DNA from: the human T2T-CHM13v2.0 reference genome, Homo sapiens
Strand: one strand, 5' to 3'
Assembly: GCF_009914755.1 (NCBI RefSeq)
Contig: NC_060927.1
Length of the DNA: 64,000 nt
Shown: in pieces, positions 26,397 through 61,149 of the stretch
Layout of the letters: each line of letters opens with the position of its first letter
Numbering within the stretch: the first letter of the stretch is position 1
Made by a program: the position numbers and the translations under genes
The notes under the pieces: model-generated
Databases searched by the model: none
What the model was told of the DNA's origin: nothing
What the model saw: the letters and a program-made list of their open reading frames with translations, nothing else

Positions 26397-26619
26397 TCAA
26401 TCAGTGCCCCAATCTCCATGACACTGAGGAATCTGGCCAGAGTGAGACACTTCCTGGTGTAAAACCCTGGTCTCCTGACCCTCTACCATGCTGGGGTGGG
26501 AGGAGAGGCTAAGGATCAGGGAGTTTCTTCAAGATACATGCTCAGAAATACCTCAGAGCCATCCAACCTGCTGCCGGGTCCCTGAAAAGATTTGAGCCTG
26601 GTACATTTTAATTCAACTC

Positions 26620-26900
26620 TGTATTTTCTGAAGCCAGAAACCTAGAATTACTCAGCTCTGGGAATACAGGCAATATCCCTGTCCTCAAGGAACCTAGGTT
26701 AGAAGGCCAGAAAAAGACACTGTTAAGATTCTTGGGAGTGAATGCTGGCATTCAGCTCAGTTTGCCAATGGGTCAGGAAAGGATTCCTGGGAGAGACAAC
26801 ACCTAGCTAGGATATGAGTGATGAATGAAAAATGATTAGATGGAAATGGAACAAAAAGGGGAATAGCTAATGCAATGGCTCCAAAGTGAGAAAGGGTTAA
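26620..26900. mobile_element. Probable L2 fragment in the CCDC71 intron
   Basis: ccctgtcctcaaggaac...gggtcaggaaaggattcctgggagag... resembles L2. Confidence 0.4.
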
Positions 26901-27949
26901 GGCATACTTGGTGTGGGATCTGGGATCTAGGTGAAAAAACAGGCGAGGATAGAGCAACAAAGAACCCTGAATGTTAGCCAAAGGGCCCAGACTTACACCC
27001 ACTGTCCATGCCCATCTGTTTCTCCAGCTGCTGCTGTTCATGTGTGGAGCTGGAGTGGGGTGGGGGAATCTCCCTGCCCACCAGAAGTTCTGTTTTCAGT
27101 CTCTAGACAGGGTACTCAGCAACCCATTTTCTAGCTCCAGAGGCATGGAGACCTAATCAAGAGTCGGACTTTTCTTCAACAGAAACTAAAAAGCTGATGA
27201 GTAGCAGGTGCCAATGACATCTCTCTAGGCAACCAGGCAGACCAGGGACCAGGAAGCCAGACCAAGATCCCAAAGTTTAAGGACAATGGGAGCCAAAGGC
27301 TGCAAGTAGGATGGTGAGTCAAGGGGACATTAGCGGTATGCACTGTCCTACCTAAGACTTGGAGGGCCACAGACCTCAGTACAGCCCAGATGGAGGTGAC
27401 TGAGAACACCTAACTACTCCCAGACTTCTTTAAAGAAGCTGTGGACATCAATCATAACTAACATCTAATACCCAACCCAACACTGAGGGTTCCCAGAAGC
27501 AAGAGGCAGCTCCCCAGCTGCACCAGAGCATTAAAAGATCAGCCAGGATCAGGCAGGTCCCTCGGGCCATGAGGCCCGTCTGTGTAGTTTCTTCCCACCG
27601 CTCTAATGCAGCAGATGAAGTCTTCAGAATACCCTGGAGGAAATGCCCTAGGGCTCTTTGTTTGGAAACATTCTTGGATCCTCAGGTGTCTTGGGCACTT
27701 CCCCTCCCCAGAGACCGTTCTCCAAGCACAATCCTTGCACATGACTTTAGTTCTTTATTAATGTTTTTTGAAGGGATGTAGTTCCCAGAGCTGTGAACTG
27801 TAGAAGAGAGAGGGACCTATTTCCCACCCTCACACGCGCCCCAGCGCAAATATTTGGGGTGACCTGGGGGCTCTTCCACCCAGGTTAGGCTGGGCTCTTG
27901 GGAGGGGTTTTCTGGGCTTTCGAGAAGCTTCGGAAACAGAGGCTCCTGC

Positions 27950-28620
27950 CCGGCCTCCGACTTCCCTTCACACGTGCCCCCGGGGAAGGCAGGAGAAGTT
28001 GACGGAAGATAGGGCGTGAGAGAGGCGCCACACAGGCAGACCGGGGGAGGGGGCAGATCGGGGCCCTCAGGCTGGGAATGCACGTCCTTAGGGCCCAAGC
28101 CGTGAGGCGGGGGTCACTGAGGCAGCGAAATGTACAGGGTGAACGGTGCTAGCCCTACCGGGACCGCACAGCCCCAGGGTGGGGTCGCTGGGCGCGGGGT
28201 GGGGGTGGGGTGGGGGGTCTCGGCCAGGCCGGCGGAGGACGCGGGTCCGGGAAGAGTTGGCCGCTTGCCCGTCCGCCCTGCCGCCTCGCGGGCCGCCCCT
28301 CCGCGGCGCGGCTAGGCCCGCGGCTCCAACCTACCGGCGCCGCCGCGGGGACCCAAGACGCGCCTCTGCGCCGCCTCCGCTGCTCCAACATGGCCGCCCG
28401 CTGCGCGCCGGAAGTGCACTGCGCTTCCGCTTCCGGGACCCAGCCCGCCCTACCGACCCTTGACCCCTGAGACCCCATTTCCCCACAAAGTCTGGGGGCG
28501 GAGCAGATTGGGTACCAAGGAGGACTGCCTGGAGGTGGTGGCCGCGGTGACTGCTCCAAACCCGTTCGGCCCTGTGCAGAAGTCTGAAGAACAGAGGTGC
28601 CCTCTGACGCGGCCCCAGGC
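27950..28620. promoter_or_regulatory. CpG-island promoter of CCDC71 with YY1-like and ETS/GABP motifs
   Basis: High CpG density; aacatggccgcc at 28387-28398; ccggaagtg at ~28408; cttccgcttccgg at ~28424-28436; GC boxes. Confidence 0.85.
28335..28400 (-). other. CCDC71: CCDC71 5' exon 1 (start approximate)
   Basis: Donor ccg|gtaggt at 28335/28334 inside the CpG island. Confidence 0.75.
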
Positions 28621-30348
28621 AAGGACTCACTAGAGCCCGGCCAAGACTGGATTAGGGGTCATCTGACACCTTTTCTGAGGGGAGCTAGTGGTGCATTGAC
28701 ATCTGGGAGGGGCTCCTGACAAGGTTCAGGCCATCTTCCACCCTCTGATCTATCTTTAGCCACTGACAATGCCCACTTCAGTCCCAGACACCTGACCAGA
28801 GGGTGAAAGAGGAGTGCCTCCTGACAGGGAGTCTCAGGTGATCTCCTTTGTTTTGCAGTAAGGGTATCTTCTCCGAGGACAGCAGGCCTTCCTCTCTTCC
28901 TGAGAATAGGGCCTGTGGCACATGGCATGAAAGGCTGGTGTGCACGTGATCACAAGTGGTGCACGCAAGCCCAAGCGCACATGGAGTCTGGGGGCTCCAG
29001 TATACCACTGTGGGCCTGAGTATACTTGCTCAGGCAGGTGGGGGCAGGTATAGTCACTGGCCCAGCCTCAGCCCCTCAATGGAAGGAAGTCCTGCTTCCA
29101 GTCTTAACACTGCCCAGAACCCCTTTCCTTTTGCCTAGGAGTCTGGGACCTCAGTCTTTTTATCCATGCTCTTGGGCTAGTACGGGGTGGTGGTTATAGG
29201 ACACAGGTCAAAATCAACCCTAGGGGTCTGTGACTTCAGTGAGAGGTCAGAGTGGTCTCCACAGCTCTGACCAAAGGTCCCATTAGTCAGAGGTTTGCAA
29301 GTCCAGGTTGGGAACCATCCTGGGAGCCCTGGTTTCATGGATGAGGTAGTGGGGGCATTTGCACTAGGGTCAGAGCCTGAGCCAGGAGGCAGAAATATTG
29401 CCACAACTCTTGGACTCTGACCCTTGCAGTGGTGCCTTATTTGGTAGTTGGGGTCAGGTGGAAGCCTATTGGCAATCACAGGAGGGTGGCGGGATGCTTC
29501 ATTTAGGGACTGGGTACTAGCCCTTTTTCCTGCCCTTTTTCCAACCAGGATCCTCTGGTTGCTCTGTATTTTCCCTGCTTATACAGAGGGGTCCAGGCAC
29601 TCCTAAAGACAAGTGCCTAGTCCACCCAGCAGTGCCATAGGCCTCATCTGGTGCCTCTTAGCTTCCCAGGGCCTCAGCACTAATGGTGAGGTCCTCGCTG
29701 CTTTTAAGTATAGCCAAGGTATCTAGCAGGAACTGCAAAATCTCCTGTTCCTCTGGGGTCAGTGCTTCTAGCCTTTTTTTCCTGGTGGAGAGAAAGCAAG
29801 AGTAGGGTCCCAGGGGCCAGGATCTCATGGGGTGCAGTCAGGAAGCCCCACCTTGGTGCCCCCAGTCCCCAGCTGTGGGTGAGTCCAGTCTCTGGCCGTC
29901 CATGGTTGAAGATTGACTGTTCACTTATTCAGGACCGATTCAACCAGTTACCTTCTGCAGCTTCTCCAAAGCCGGCAGTGTTGGCCTCCTGTGTGCAGGT
30001 GGGCCATGGCTGTGCAAACAGAAACCCCTTCCATGGAGAGCCAGAGCCCATCCTCCAGGGATAGCAACAGTACAGTTATATCCAGACCCCTCTCTGGTGA
30101 TGTTCAGCTCAGAAGTTAGGGCAAATGGAAAACCAGGAAGGGTAGGTCCATCCTCCGGCTGTGCTGTGTCCCTTCCAGACATGAGAACTGGGGAAATGAT
30201 AGAGATTAGGGATAAGGATCATGGGGGTACCTAGCTCCCTTTGGGGGTGGTAGGGCCGAACTTTTTGCCTCCTGGTGCCCAGTATGCCCTAGATGGAACT
30301 CTTTGGGAGCGCTCATCAGAGTGCAGTCTGACTTGACCTGGACTCTAG

Positions 30349-31786
<1,438 letters not shown>

Positions 31787-32269
31787 TCACAAGGGGCAAA
31801 ACTTTGAAGATGCTAGCAAGATTTAGTTAAGGACCACAGGCACATATAGTTTTAGCTATATGGTATTTCATGATGACTTTTCCAAGAACAATTTTTGGGG
31901 AGGAGTGGCAGCACATTGAGGTGACAAGTAACAAGGAGGTGGAGCCTGTGAGGACAGATGGCTTCAAGAGTTTGACTGGAGTGGAGGAAGGGGAGACTAG
32001 AGAGACTTGGGGTGTTGGGAGGTATCTAAAGGCAAGTGGCTTGTAAGTGTTTAATTGCTGGAAAGGAGGAGGAGGGAGCTTGGAAAGGGAACAGTAGCAA
32101 ATGTGAAGGGGGCTGCAGAGCAGTGTGAGCCTCTTGGAAGCCTATTGGCAATCACAAGAGGGTGGAAACAGTGCCCCAAGTGAGGGCACTGAGGAGCAAG
32201 TCCAAGGTGAAGTGGGACAAGGAGGATTGAGGCCTTCAAGTCAGGGTCTGTGCAGTCTGTAACCAGCCT

Positions 32270-32711
32270 TGGCACCACCATTTCTGTGCAGGCCGACTGA
32301 ATCCAACTGACAGTCCCTGAAAAGAGCAAAGGCTCTCTTCTCCGGTCATGCGGGAGGGTCTACCCATAGACTTCTGGGAAGGCCAGATGTGAGGGAGGCC
32401 AGGGAGTTAATAGGTAATGCCCCCAAACAGCTCTCAACCCATGACTAATGGAGATTTGAGAATGAGTATCTCAGCTCCCCTTGTTCTTGGGGGCAGCAAT
32501 GATGTAAGGCCTATGTTCTACGCTGGCTCCCAGAATCCCCAGCAGGATTTGGTCCCAATGGCCCACAGTGGTAGCTTGCTTGATGACACTTCCTTTATTG
32601 GCTGCTTTCCTTGTCTCCTTGCCACTGCTGGTGTTTCTTGGCCTCACCTCCCATACTAACTATATGCATGTATATCTTTGTCCAGGTCTGCTTTGGGGGA
32701 AACTAAGATAA
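32270..32711 (+). mobile_element. Old ERVL-type LTR fragment (LTR16-like)
   Basis: Ends ...ccaggtctgctttgggggaaactaagata, resembling the LTR16/LTR33 terminus. Confidence 0.45.
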
Positions 32712-33259
32712 GCACTGTCCATGAAAGGGGGACAAGGCAGTGAGCAGACACAGACAACTGCAAGGACCTCTTCCCACAGGTACCACTGACCTGTACAAAT
32801 GGGCCCTCAGCTTGAAGACTTAGCTAATACTCTGAATGCTCAGAAGATAGGCAGGGCCAAGGTCTGGGCCTGAGGTAGGTGGGCCCCTGTCACACTAGTT
32901 TGCTCTTGCTTGACCCCAGAATTGGTTAGAGGCAAGCTCAGGATACTAAAAATTGATAGTTATAATGTGCCTTGGGTCCCAGAGTAGCCCAGGTCTCTCA
33001 GGCCCTACAGGATGAGGCCAGAGTGACCCACTGGGAGGTCCCCTGGCCTCTGACTCTTCCAGCACATTCTCTGCTCAGTATCACTCCTTCCAGGAATTCT
33101 CCCCACCCAGGTTTGTAGAAGGGCCAGTGCCTTCTGTTCCTCCACCCCCGCTAGCCTCAGTGTACACTGTAAGACCTATTCCTGCTTTATGCCCAGGTAA
33201 GGGCGCCCCAGGCTGCCCCCACACGACAGAGGCCCAGGCCATGTCCCCAGTGGCCTCCA

Positions 33260-33830
33260 GGGGGCGCCGCCGGGAAGCCTGTAATTGGGCTCCTGGGAGC
33301 TCCGCGGAGGTGGGCAGGCGCCGGCCCCTCAAGCCCTCGGGTTCGGCTGGCCTGCTCGACACAGCCTGCGCACCCAGGCTGGGTCGGGCTCAGAACTGCC
33401 CCTTGCCATACACGTGTTGTGTCGCTCGCCGCTGCCTCATTTCTACTCTTGCCCGAGGTCGGACGCTAAATTCTGTCAGGCCCAGTGTCCAAGTGTCCGT
33501 TTATCTGTCCGTTTGCATATGACCGTAGATCGGCACGCCCTGCTCCAGCTGCGGCATGTGCAGGGTTAAGGCGAGAGGAGGTTTCCCTGAGTCGGAGGGG
33601 GAGGGGGGCGAGGGGCGGACCTGGCCCAGCCCCGCCCCGCGCCGGAGCAGTGCCGGAGCCCCGCCAGAGCCCGACTTCAGCCCCAGCCAGATCCCGCGTC
33701 AACGGAGGCGGAACGGCGGACCCCGTACCCTGGCAGCATCGGAGCACCGGCGGGTGAGTCCCGCGGGAACCGCGCTCAGGGGAAGTTTGGGGCGCGGGGT
33801 GTAGAACCCCAAGCGCGTTAGCCCAGACCC
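33260..33830. promoter_or_regulatory. CpG-island promoter of KLHDC8B
   Basis: CpG-rich, with GC boxes (ggggcgg, ccccgcccc) just upstream of exon 1. Confidence 0.85.
33650..33753 (+). other. KLHDC8B: KLHDC8B non-coding exon 1 (start approximate)
   Basis: Donor cgg|gtgagt at 33753/33754; next acceptor ttcctccag| at 34703/34704. Confidence 0.8.
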
Positions 33831-34837
33831 GCCCCCCACATCCTTGAGCTGGAAGTTTGGGGCCAAGAGGCCCTCCTGCCAGGGGTCCAGGAGTGTAGCC
33901 ACCAAGAGAAAGGGGTGGCTGGAGAACTTGGGGATCTCCTGCGAGGGAACCCAGAAGTCCAGCTGCCCATTCCTGGTGGAAACGCCCTGGACTCAGACCC
34001 TGGAGTCCTGTGGTCATGAGATTTCTCCAACGGCCCCCCGCCCCAACCCCACTTCTGGACACCAGGGAATCTGGCTTCTGGGGGGGTTTGGAATGGGCAA
34101 ACTCCTGAGGGGGGACCTCGAGAGGAGAGTGTGGAACCCTGGTGTTTAGTCCTCCCCCTAGTCTGAAACACACCCTGACTCTGGTCTTTTACTAGTGGGA
34201 ATGGTTTAAATTAACCCTGTGGAATGGCCCCCAGGATGTTGTAAGGATACTCTGGAGTCTGACCCCTGACAGCAGGCGTGGGGACCCCCAGGCTGCCCAG
34301 GGCACCCTGGAAGCCAGTAAGGACTCCCCTCATGCAGGACCAGCGTGAGGCTTGTTGAGGGGAAAGGAAGGGTCCTGGATGGAGAGTCCTGTTCTAGTCA
34401 CCTTACTACTGCCCTCCTAGACCCAGATTTGACCCAGTTGCTGAGTGGTTTGGGTAGTGGGTGAGAAGGAGAATCCTTCATGCCTCCATGGGAAAGGGGA
34501 AAGGCTCCTGGGTACCTGGGGCCTGCCCTCCTTCCCACTCCAGGAGGGCCTCCACAGTGGTGTGCTAGCCAGAGGGGTTGGGTTCTCCCCCTGCCTTTCC
34601 CACCAGTGATTTTGGGCCAGCCCTGCCCTTAGCTACAGGCTGCTTATTTGTTTCCTGAGGGGCCGGTCAGTGCCCTGACCCCTGTTTTCCCTCTTTCCTC
34701 CAGGTGAAGGCAAGGTCCCTGGACTGGTCATATACCTCTTGTGGCCCTGGCAGAATCAAGATGAGGCCCTGTCATGCCTCCCCAGTGAGGCCTACAGTCT
34801 GAGCAGACAGCATGGCCTGCCACTGGCAGTGAACACC

Positions 34838-37800
34838 ATGTCTGCAGGAGGTGGCCGGGCCTTTGCTTGGCAAGTGTTCCCCCCCATGCCCACTTGCCGG
34901 GTCTATGGCACAGTGGCACACCAAGATGGGCACCTGCTGGTGTTGGGGGGTTGTGGCCGGGCTGGACTGCCCCTGGACACTGCTGAGACACTGGACATGG
35001 CCTCGCACACATGGCTGGCACTGGCACCCCTGCCCACTGCCCGGGCTGGTGCAGCTGCGGTAGTTCTGGGCAAGCAGGTGCTAGTGGTGGGTGGTGTGGA
35101 TGAGGTCCAGAGCCCGGTAGCTGCTGTAGAGGCCTTCCTGATGGATGAGGGCCGCTGGGAGCGTCGGGCCACCCTCCCTCAAGCAGCCATGGGGGTTGCA
35201 ACTGTGGAGAGAGGTGAGTGGCCTCCCAAGGAAGGCACTTCAGGTACCCTAACACCTTTTATTATTTCCTGACTTAGTCCCTTACCCTCAGAGACTGAAC
35301 AAGAGCTGTAATTTTTACATGGGTGCCCAGGATGTGGCCTTGTCCCCTGTATCCTTTCCAACCTAGATTTGAGCTGCTGCCTTCTATTAACTGCCTTTTC
35401 TGGCTAAGGTGGGAGGCAGAGCCCAAGCCGATCCCAGGATGATGGGAGACCCCAGCCATGTTCCTGCCCCACTCCTCATTTCTAAGAGATGGGGGTGGGA
35501 TGGCCTAATGACTCCCAGGGTTATAAATAGTCTGGGGTGGGGGAGAGGAGTAGGGCCTTGGCTCAGAGCCTGTGCTTAGACTTCCTGCCCCACCCCCAAC
35601 CCTTCCCACACGCCAGGGAGCCTGATATGGACAAAGGCCAAGCTGATCTGGGATGGTTGCCATGGAAGCCCCCAGCTGACTGGCCCATTACCCTAAGGCC
35701 CCCAGACATGTCGTAGCTGACTCTGAGGGTTTAACAGAGGGCAAGAACCTACTATAATGAAAGAGTGTCACACAGAGGTGCTGGCAGGGATCCTGGGGCA
35801 GAAGGCTTGTGGACAGTATCTTTACCCAGCAGACCCAAGCCATTCCTCTCCCAGCCCCATCTCCAACTCCAGCTGGTCCCCAGTCCTCCTCCCCAGACTG
35901 AGCTCTGTGCTAAGCAGATCCCCATGTTTCTTACCCCTGGCTTAAGCCATCCCCCCATCTTCCTCCCCGAGGGGAGTCCCCACCTTGTGGCCTCCAGGTC
36001 TGACCACCAGCCCAGGCCAGCCCTGCTTGGATGCCAGACTCTGTTGCCATAGCATCTCCAGGGAGACAGAGTCGGATTATAATTAGATCGGCTGCCTCCT
36101 GCTCTTTACTCGGAGGGGCCCTGGCCAGAGTAGGAATCCCAGATCTCCCAGCCCCCACTGCAGGCAGGTAGTAGAGTGTCTGTTGCTGGGGAGGGATGCT
36201 ATAAACACATGGGTCTCCAGCCACCCCCAGGACTTACCAGGGCAGCTGTCAGGGTGGGGTACCCTGGCAGGCTGAGGTACAATCTGAACTACTCTTTTCT
36301 ATGCAGATGGTATGGTGTATGCTCTGGGGGGAATGGGCCCTGACACGGCCCCCCAGGCCCAGGTACGTGTGTATGAGCCCCGTCGGGACTGCTGGCTTTC
36401 GCTACCCTCCATGCCCACACCCTGCTATGGGGCCTCCACCTTCCTGCACGGGAACAAGATCTATGTCCTGGGTAAGGGCCTGGGGAATGTGGGAAGGGGG
36501 CTCAGAGTCTAGAAATCCTCATCCTCATAGGTTGGCTGGGATAGGGATCAGGCTCAGTCCAGGATGGCAAAACAAGAGAAGCTTTGTTGGGGTGATCCAT
36601 GCCTGCTCTGAGGCTCTGACCCCTGGTGGTCTTGCTGTGGTTGGAAAACCAAACCCCAGTACCTGAGGGACTGTAGGGTGGATGATTCATGTGCAAGTGT
36701 GCACACAGCAGGATGTGGGAGGCTGAGGCAGGCAGATTAGCAACCTAGTGAGCAAGGAGCCCACCAAGCCTCCTGGGCTCCTTCCCAGGTACCCCAATTC
36801 CATTGACAGGGGGCCGCCAGGGCAAGCTCCCGGTGACTGCTTTTGAAGCCTTTGATCTGGAGGCCCGTACATGGACCCGGCATCCAAGCCTACCCAGCCG
36901 TCGGGCCTTTGCTGGCTGCGCCATGGCTGAAGGCAGCGTCTTTAGCCTGGGTGGCCTGCAGCAGCCTGGGCCCCACAACTTCTACTCTCGCCCACACTTT
37001 GTCAACACTGTGGAGATGTTTGACCTGGAGCATGGTGAGCAGTGGCTGTTCTGGGCTGTCCTCCCGCTCTCTGTGGGATGGAGGGGCATAGTGTGTACAT
37101 GACTAGATCTGACCTCCCCTCTCCTGCAGGGTCCTGGACCAAATTGCCCCGCAGCCTGCGCATGAGGGATAAGAGGGCAGACTTTGTGGTTGGGTCCCTT
37201 GGGGGCCACATTGTGGCCATTGGGGGCCTTGGTAAGTCTCTATGGGGCTGGGGAGAGGAGGGAGTCCCAAGACAGGAAAGACTAGCCCCCAGCATGTGTG
37301 TCACCTTCTGCCCATCTCCAGGCACTCCAGGGGTCAGGGCTTTGTGAGCTCTTTTCCCTATCTATGAAGTAGGCAGGATGTGGTCTGCCTGGCCCAGCAC
37401 TCAGGGTGTTCCTCAGTGACTGGGGGCTCTGTCAAGCACCAGCAAGGGTCTACGAGACAGCAGCAGGACAAATGACCACTGTATGCACAGTCAAGAGAAC
37501 ATATAGAAACATAAATGAATGAACAAATGATGAACATAGGCAATGAGGAGCAAGGCCCTGATAGCTCATCCTGGGGTGATAACTACTGGGCTATTCTCTG
37601 GGCTTAGGGAGCAGAAGGGCCTGGAGTCCCTACGGCCTGTGCCTCTCACAGCCTTCTCTCTCCTTCTTGCAGGAAACCAGCCATGTCCTTTGGGCTCTGT
37701 GGAGAGCTTTAGCCTTGCACGGCGGCGCTGGGAGGCATTGCCTGCCATGCCCACTGCCCGCTGCTCCTGCTCTAGTCTGCAGGCTGGGCCCCGGCTGTTT

Positions 37801-37869
37801 GTTATTGGGGGTGTGGCCCAGGGCCCCAGTCAAGCCGTGGAGGCACTGTGTCTGCGTGATGGGGTCTGA
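34838..37869 (+). CDS. KLHDC8B: Kelch domain-containing protein 8B (354 aa, kelch beta-propeller)
   Basis: Coding exons 34838-35213, 36307-36471, 36810-37034, 37130-37231 and 37673-37869 total 1065 nt. All introns are GT-AG and phase 1. Kelch repeats show GG and W-x-x-L-P-x-M-P motifs; MSAGGGRAFAWQVF...ALCLRDGV*. Confidence 0.96.
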
Positions 37870-38394
37870 AGGCTTGGTGGGAGCTGTCCACTGGAGCAGC
37901 TCATTGCCAGAGGCAGCTATTTCTATGGCTCCTTTTGCTGCTGAGGACACTCACTGTGGCTCTGTGGGATGAGAGAGGCATGGGGGTGAGCACTTGAAAC
38001 ACTGCCTTGGGGCCTTGGGTTAGGGGAGCCTTTGTCTTTAGTGCAGGACACACATATGCTTACACCTACCTTTATCACCATTCGTTCATGAATCATGCCT
38101 AGCTCCATCCTTGCCCTGGGACCTACTAGGCCTTCCATCCAACTGGGAAATGGGGAGAAGCAAAGCTGGCCTCATGCTCTTCAGGGTCAGTTCCTATCTG
38201 GAGTTGACCAGGCCTACCCCAGTTGCCATTCCTGAAAAATCTCAGCTGCCAGGCTGCCTTTAGGGTCCCTGCAGACCCAGGAGAGTTGAGAGGGTGGGGG
38301 ACACAGAGAGAATAGAGAGGATGTGGGAACTGCCAGAGGGCCGGAGCGCAGGAGTTCAAGTGGAGGAATGCTGGCTTTGAGCCCTCTACACTGC

Positions 38395-38550
38395 TGGTTG
38401 TATGACCTTGGACAAGTCACTTCACCTCTCTGTGCCTCAGCATCCTCATCTATAAATGGGGATCTCTGAAACCTTCCTACCCTACCTACCTCACAGGGCT
38501 GTTGTGAGGACCCAGGGAGTTTGGATGTGGAAGTAAAAGTGCTGCTAAAA
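38395..38550 (+). mobile_element. MIR in the KLHDC8B 3' UTR
   Basis: tgaccttggacaagtcacttcacctctctgtgcctcagcatcctcatctataaatgggg...acctacctcacagggctgttgtgagga is the MIR core. Confidence 0.85.
38532..38537 (+). terminator. Candidate KLHDC8B poly(A) signal (AGTAAA)
   Basis: Variant hexamer followed by GT-rich sequence (gtgtgtgg...gtgtg). Confidence 0.6.
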
Positions 38551-39140
38551 CCTAGTGTGTGGACCCTGGTGTGAACTCCCTTGTTTCCACTGCCCCTGCC
38601 TTCCTTTGGGGGTCTCAATGCCCCTAGGGATGAGGGTCCAGAAGGAGCCTCTTGGATCTGGTCGGTGTTCCCAAAGTGATTTGGTGTTTCTGTTCCATCT
38701 GAGCCTCAGCTTATTCTTTGGCAACATGTGATGACAGCGCCTCCTTACTGTCCTGGGGATTAGAGAGCACTAGGGCAGTAAGGAAGGGCTGTCACATGTC
38801 ACCAAAGGATGGCAGGATAAGATGACCAGAGAAGTGCTCAGAAAACAACAGAATACCACAAGGTTAGGAAGACCTCCAGATCCAAGTTACAGAGTGTCTC
38901 CTTAGGGTCTCTGCTCACCCCCACAGGGAGGGGTGGTGCAGTGGGTTCTGTGGCCCAGGGCAGTCTCTTTCTGTCTCAGCTGTGGGGCAGCCGTCTCTTG
39001 GACAGGACTGTGTGGCCACCCAACAAACCCCTCAAAGGCAGCTGCCTCCTGAGAAAGCTGCCAACTCTTCCTTCTTCCAGCCTTTGTCGCCCACTAGTAC
39101 TGGTCTCTGGGGTCTGCTTTCCCCATAGCTAAACTGAGTA

Positions 39141-39429
39141 CTTGACCTGCTTCCCCAGTGATGCCTTTCATTCTAGGGTGAAGCACCTAGAAAGTCAGTG
39201 GCCCACAGGATATTTGCACATTGTCTGGCACGCTGGCAGAGGAAACCAACACAGAGATGTCTCTGGGGGAATGGGCTGTTTCCCAGAGGAGAAAGGTTGT
39301 GGGGAAGTTAGTCACTCCGCTGCCTTCATAAGGAGCCCTCCCTCAGTGTCACCCCCTTCACCCTGCCACCTGCTCTGTCCTGACTTCAACTTAGGCTGGG
39401 GACTGCCCTCTAATCTTCCTCTCTACAGC
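39141..39429 (+). repeat. Local direct repeat, copy 1
   Basis: Aligns by eye over ~290 nt with 40249-40543. Confidence 0.9.
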
Positions 39430-39703
39430 TGGGTTTACTGCAAGAACAGAGTAGTACTTGGGGCCCTGGAACCCACCTGATGTGGCTATAGCAATCCTCC
39501 TGGACTCTTAGCCTCCTGCAGGCCTTACCCTTTCTCACTTAGTGGCAGGGATCCCAGAGCAGCACCTCCCATGCCCAGCACAGAAACACACCATGGGCAC
39601 AAGTGCCATGGGAGACAGGCACAGGACCTGGCAGCCTACTACTACCTTTCAGCCTCTTGGGCTACATCCCATTGTGGGCTGCAAGCACAGACAGGCTGCT
39701 GTG

Positions 39704-53839
<14,136 letters not shown>

Positions 53840-53929
53840 CTTTCCAAGAAGGGAGCAGAAAAGGCAAACTTTCCTCTTGTCTTTTGGAGGGTATCTTCAG
53901 GAAAGAGAATCTCTGGAGGTCAATTTTTT

Positions 53930-53942
53930 GTTGCTTAGTGAC
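53930..53942. promoter_or_regulatory. X-box (RFX)-like motif ~90 bp upstream of the C3orf84 ATG
   Basis: GTTGCTTAGTGAC (reverse complement GTCACTAAGCAAC). Confidence 0.5.
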
Positions 53943-54681
53943 AAGGGAAGGTTGTGACTGCACAATGCTGCTGCTGTTTGTTGAGACAGTACATGACCTG
54001 TTGCCCCTTTGTCCTTGCTGCCCTAGTTCTTCTCTGTGAGAAAAACCTGCCCCTTGGCATTAACAGCCTGAAGAGCCCTTATATATAGAAACACACAGGG
54101 CTCCATGGTAGAGTCTAATGGATTCGCAGCCAATGAAATATTCAAAGAACATTTTAAATGCAGGCAAATCCTGCATTTAAAAACCTATGCATCCATACTG
54201 CCAGGAATATAAATTTAGAAAGCATTTCATGGAGTCAGAAGAAATGTTAAAGAGGTTGGTGGCTTTTAGGATAAAATTACTGCTTCAGAATAGGCTCTAA
54301 CAATTTATCTCTTAGGAGTTTGTGGTGACCAGGAATGCTAATCATGACAGGTGAAATGTTACAAGGGCCAAGTAAAGGAATAGGGCATAACAGAACAGAA
54401 GAAGGAACATGCAAAGATTTGACATTATGGTTCCATTCTGAGCTACCCTTTGACAAATTTTTGACTGAATTCTCTCTTATTTGTAAAAGAGGGACTTGAA
54501 CAGTTCACCCCCTTTAACAACCAAAAGAAATTGACAATCAGCCTCTAAACATGTGCCAGTAAAACACCCAAGACCCTGCTAGTGTCAATGGCACAAGCCC
54601 TAATATCCAGAATGTCTGCCCCAGTGTAGTCACCCTGGAGAGCCCCTCTCATGCGAACTCACAGGTATTAAAAGGTTCATT

Positions 54682-60805
<6,124 letters not shown>

Positions 60806-61149
60806 CATGTTTTTTGCTTTCTAAGTCATCTATAAGCACCAGAGGCAGAGTTACATAGATCCTTCCTGCCTACCCGCACTGTCCCTGCCCTCAGGCCACT
60901 CCAGCATCCAGCAGGCCAGAAACCTCAGAAGATTTCTTGCCTCCTTTCTCTTTCCTCCAGGGGCCCGGTTCGATGTCCCCATCTGCCCACGGCGCCTCTC
61001 GTGCCAGCTGCTCCGCCTGTCCTGCCCTTGCTCAGACCACCCAAGTATCATCTGTGCTCTGGCCCCTGGCCACCAGTTCCACCCCACATGCTGTCCTCAC
61101 AGGTGGCGCCTTGCCATTCCTGGGGACCAGGGCCTCCTTGTTCTGGTCA

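Noticed and set aside
33466-34173. 235-aa - strand ORF over the KLHDC8B promoter
   Set aside because: CpG-island artefact with no recognisable domain.
34739-34837. In-frame GTG-initiated extension of KLHDC8B
   Set aside because: Non-ATG start overlapped by uORFs; the ATG at 34838 has good context and gives the expected 354 aa. Only Ribo-seq could rescue it.
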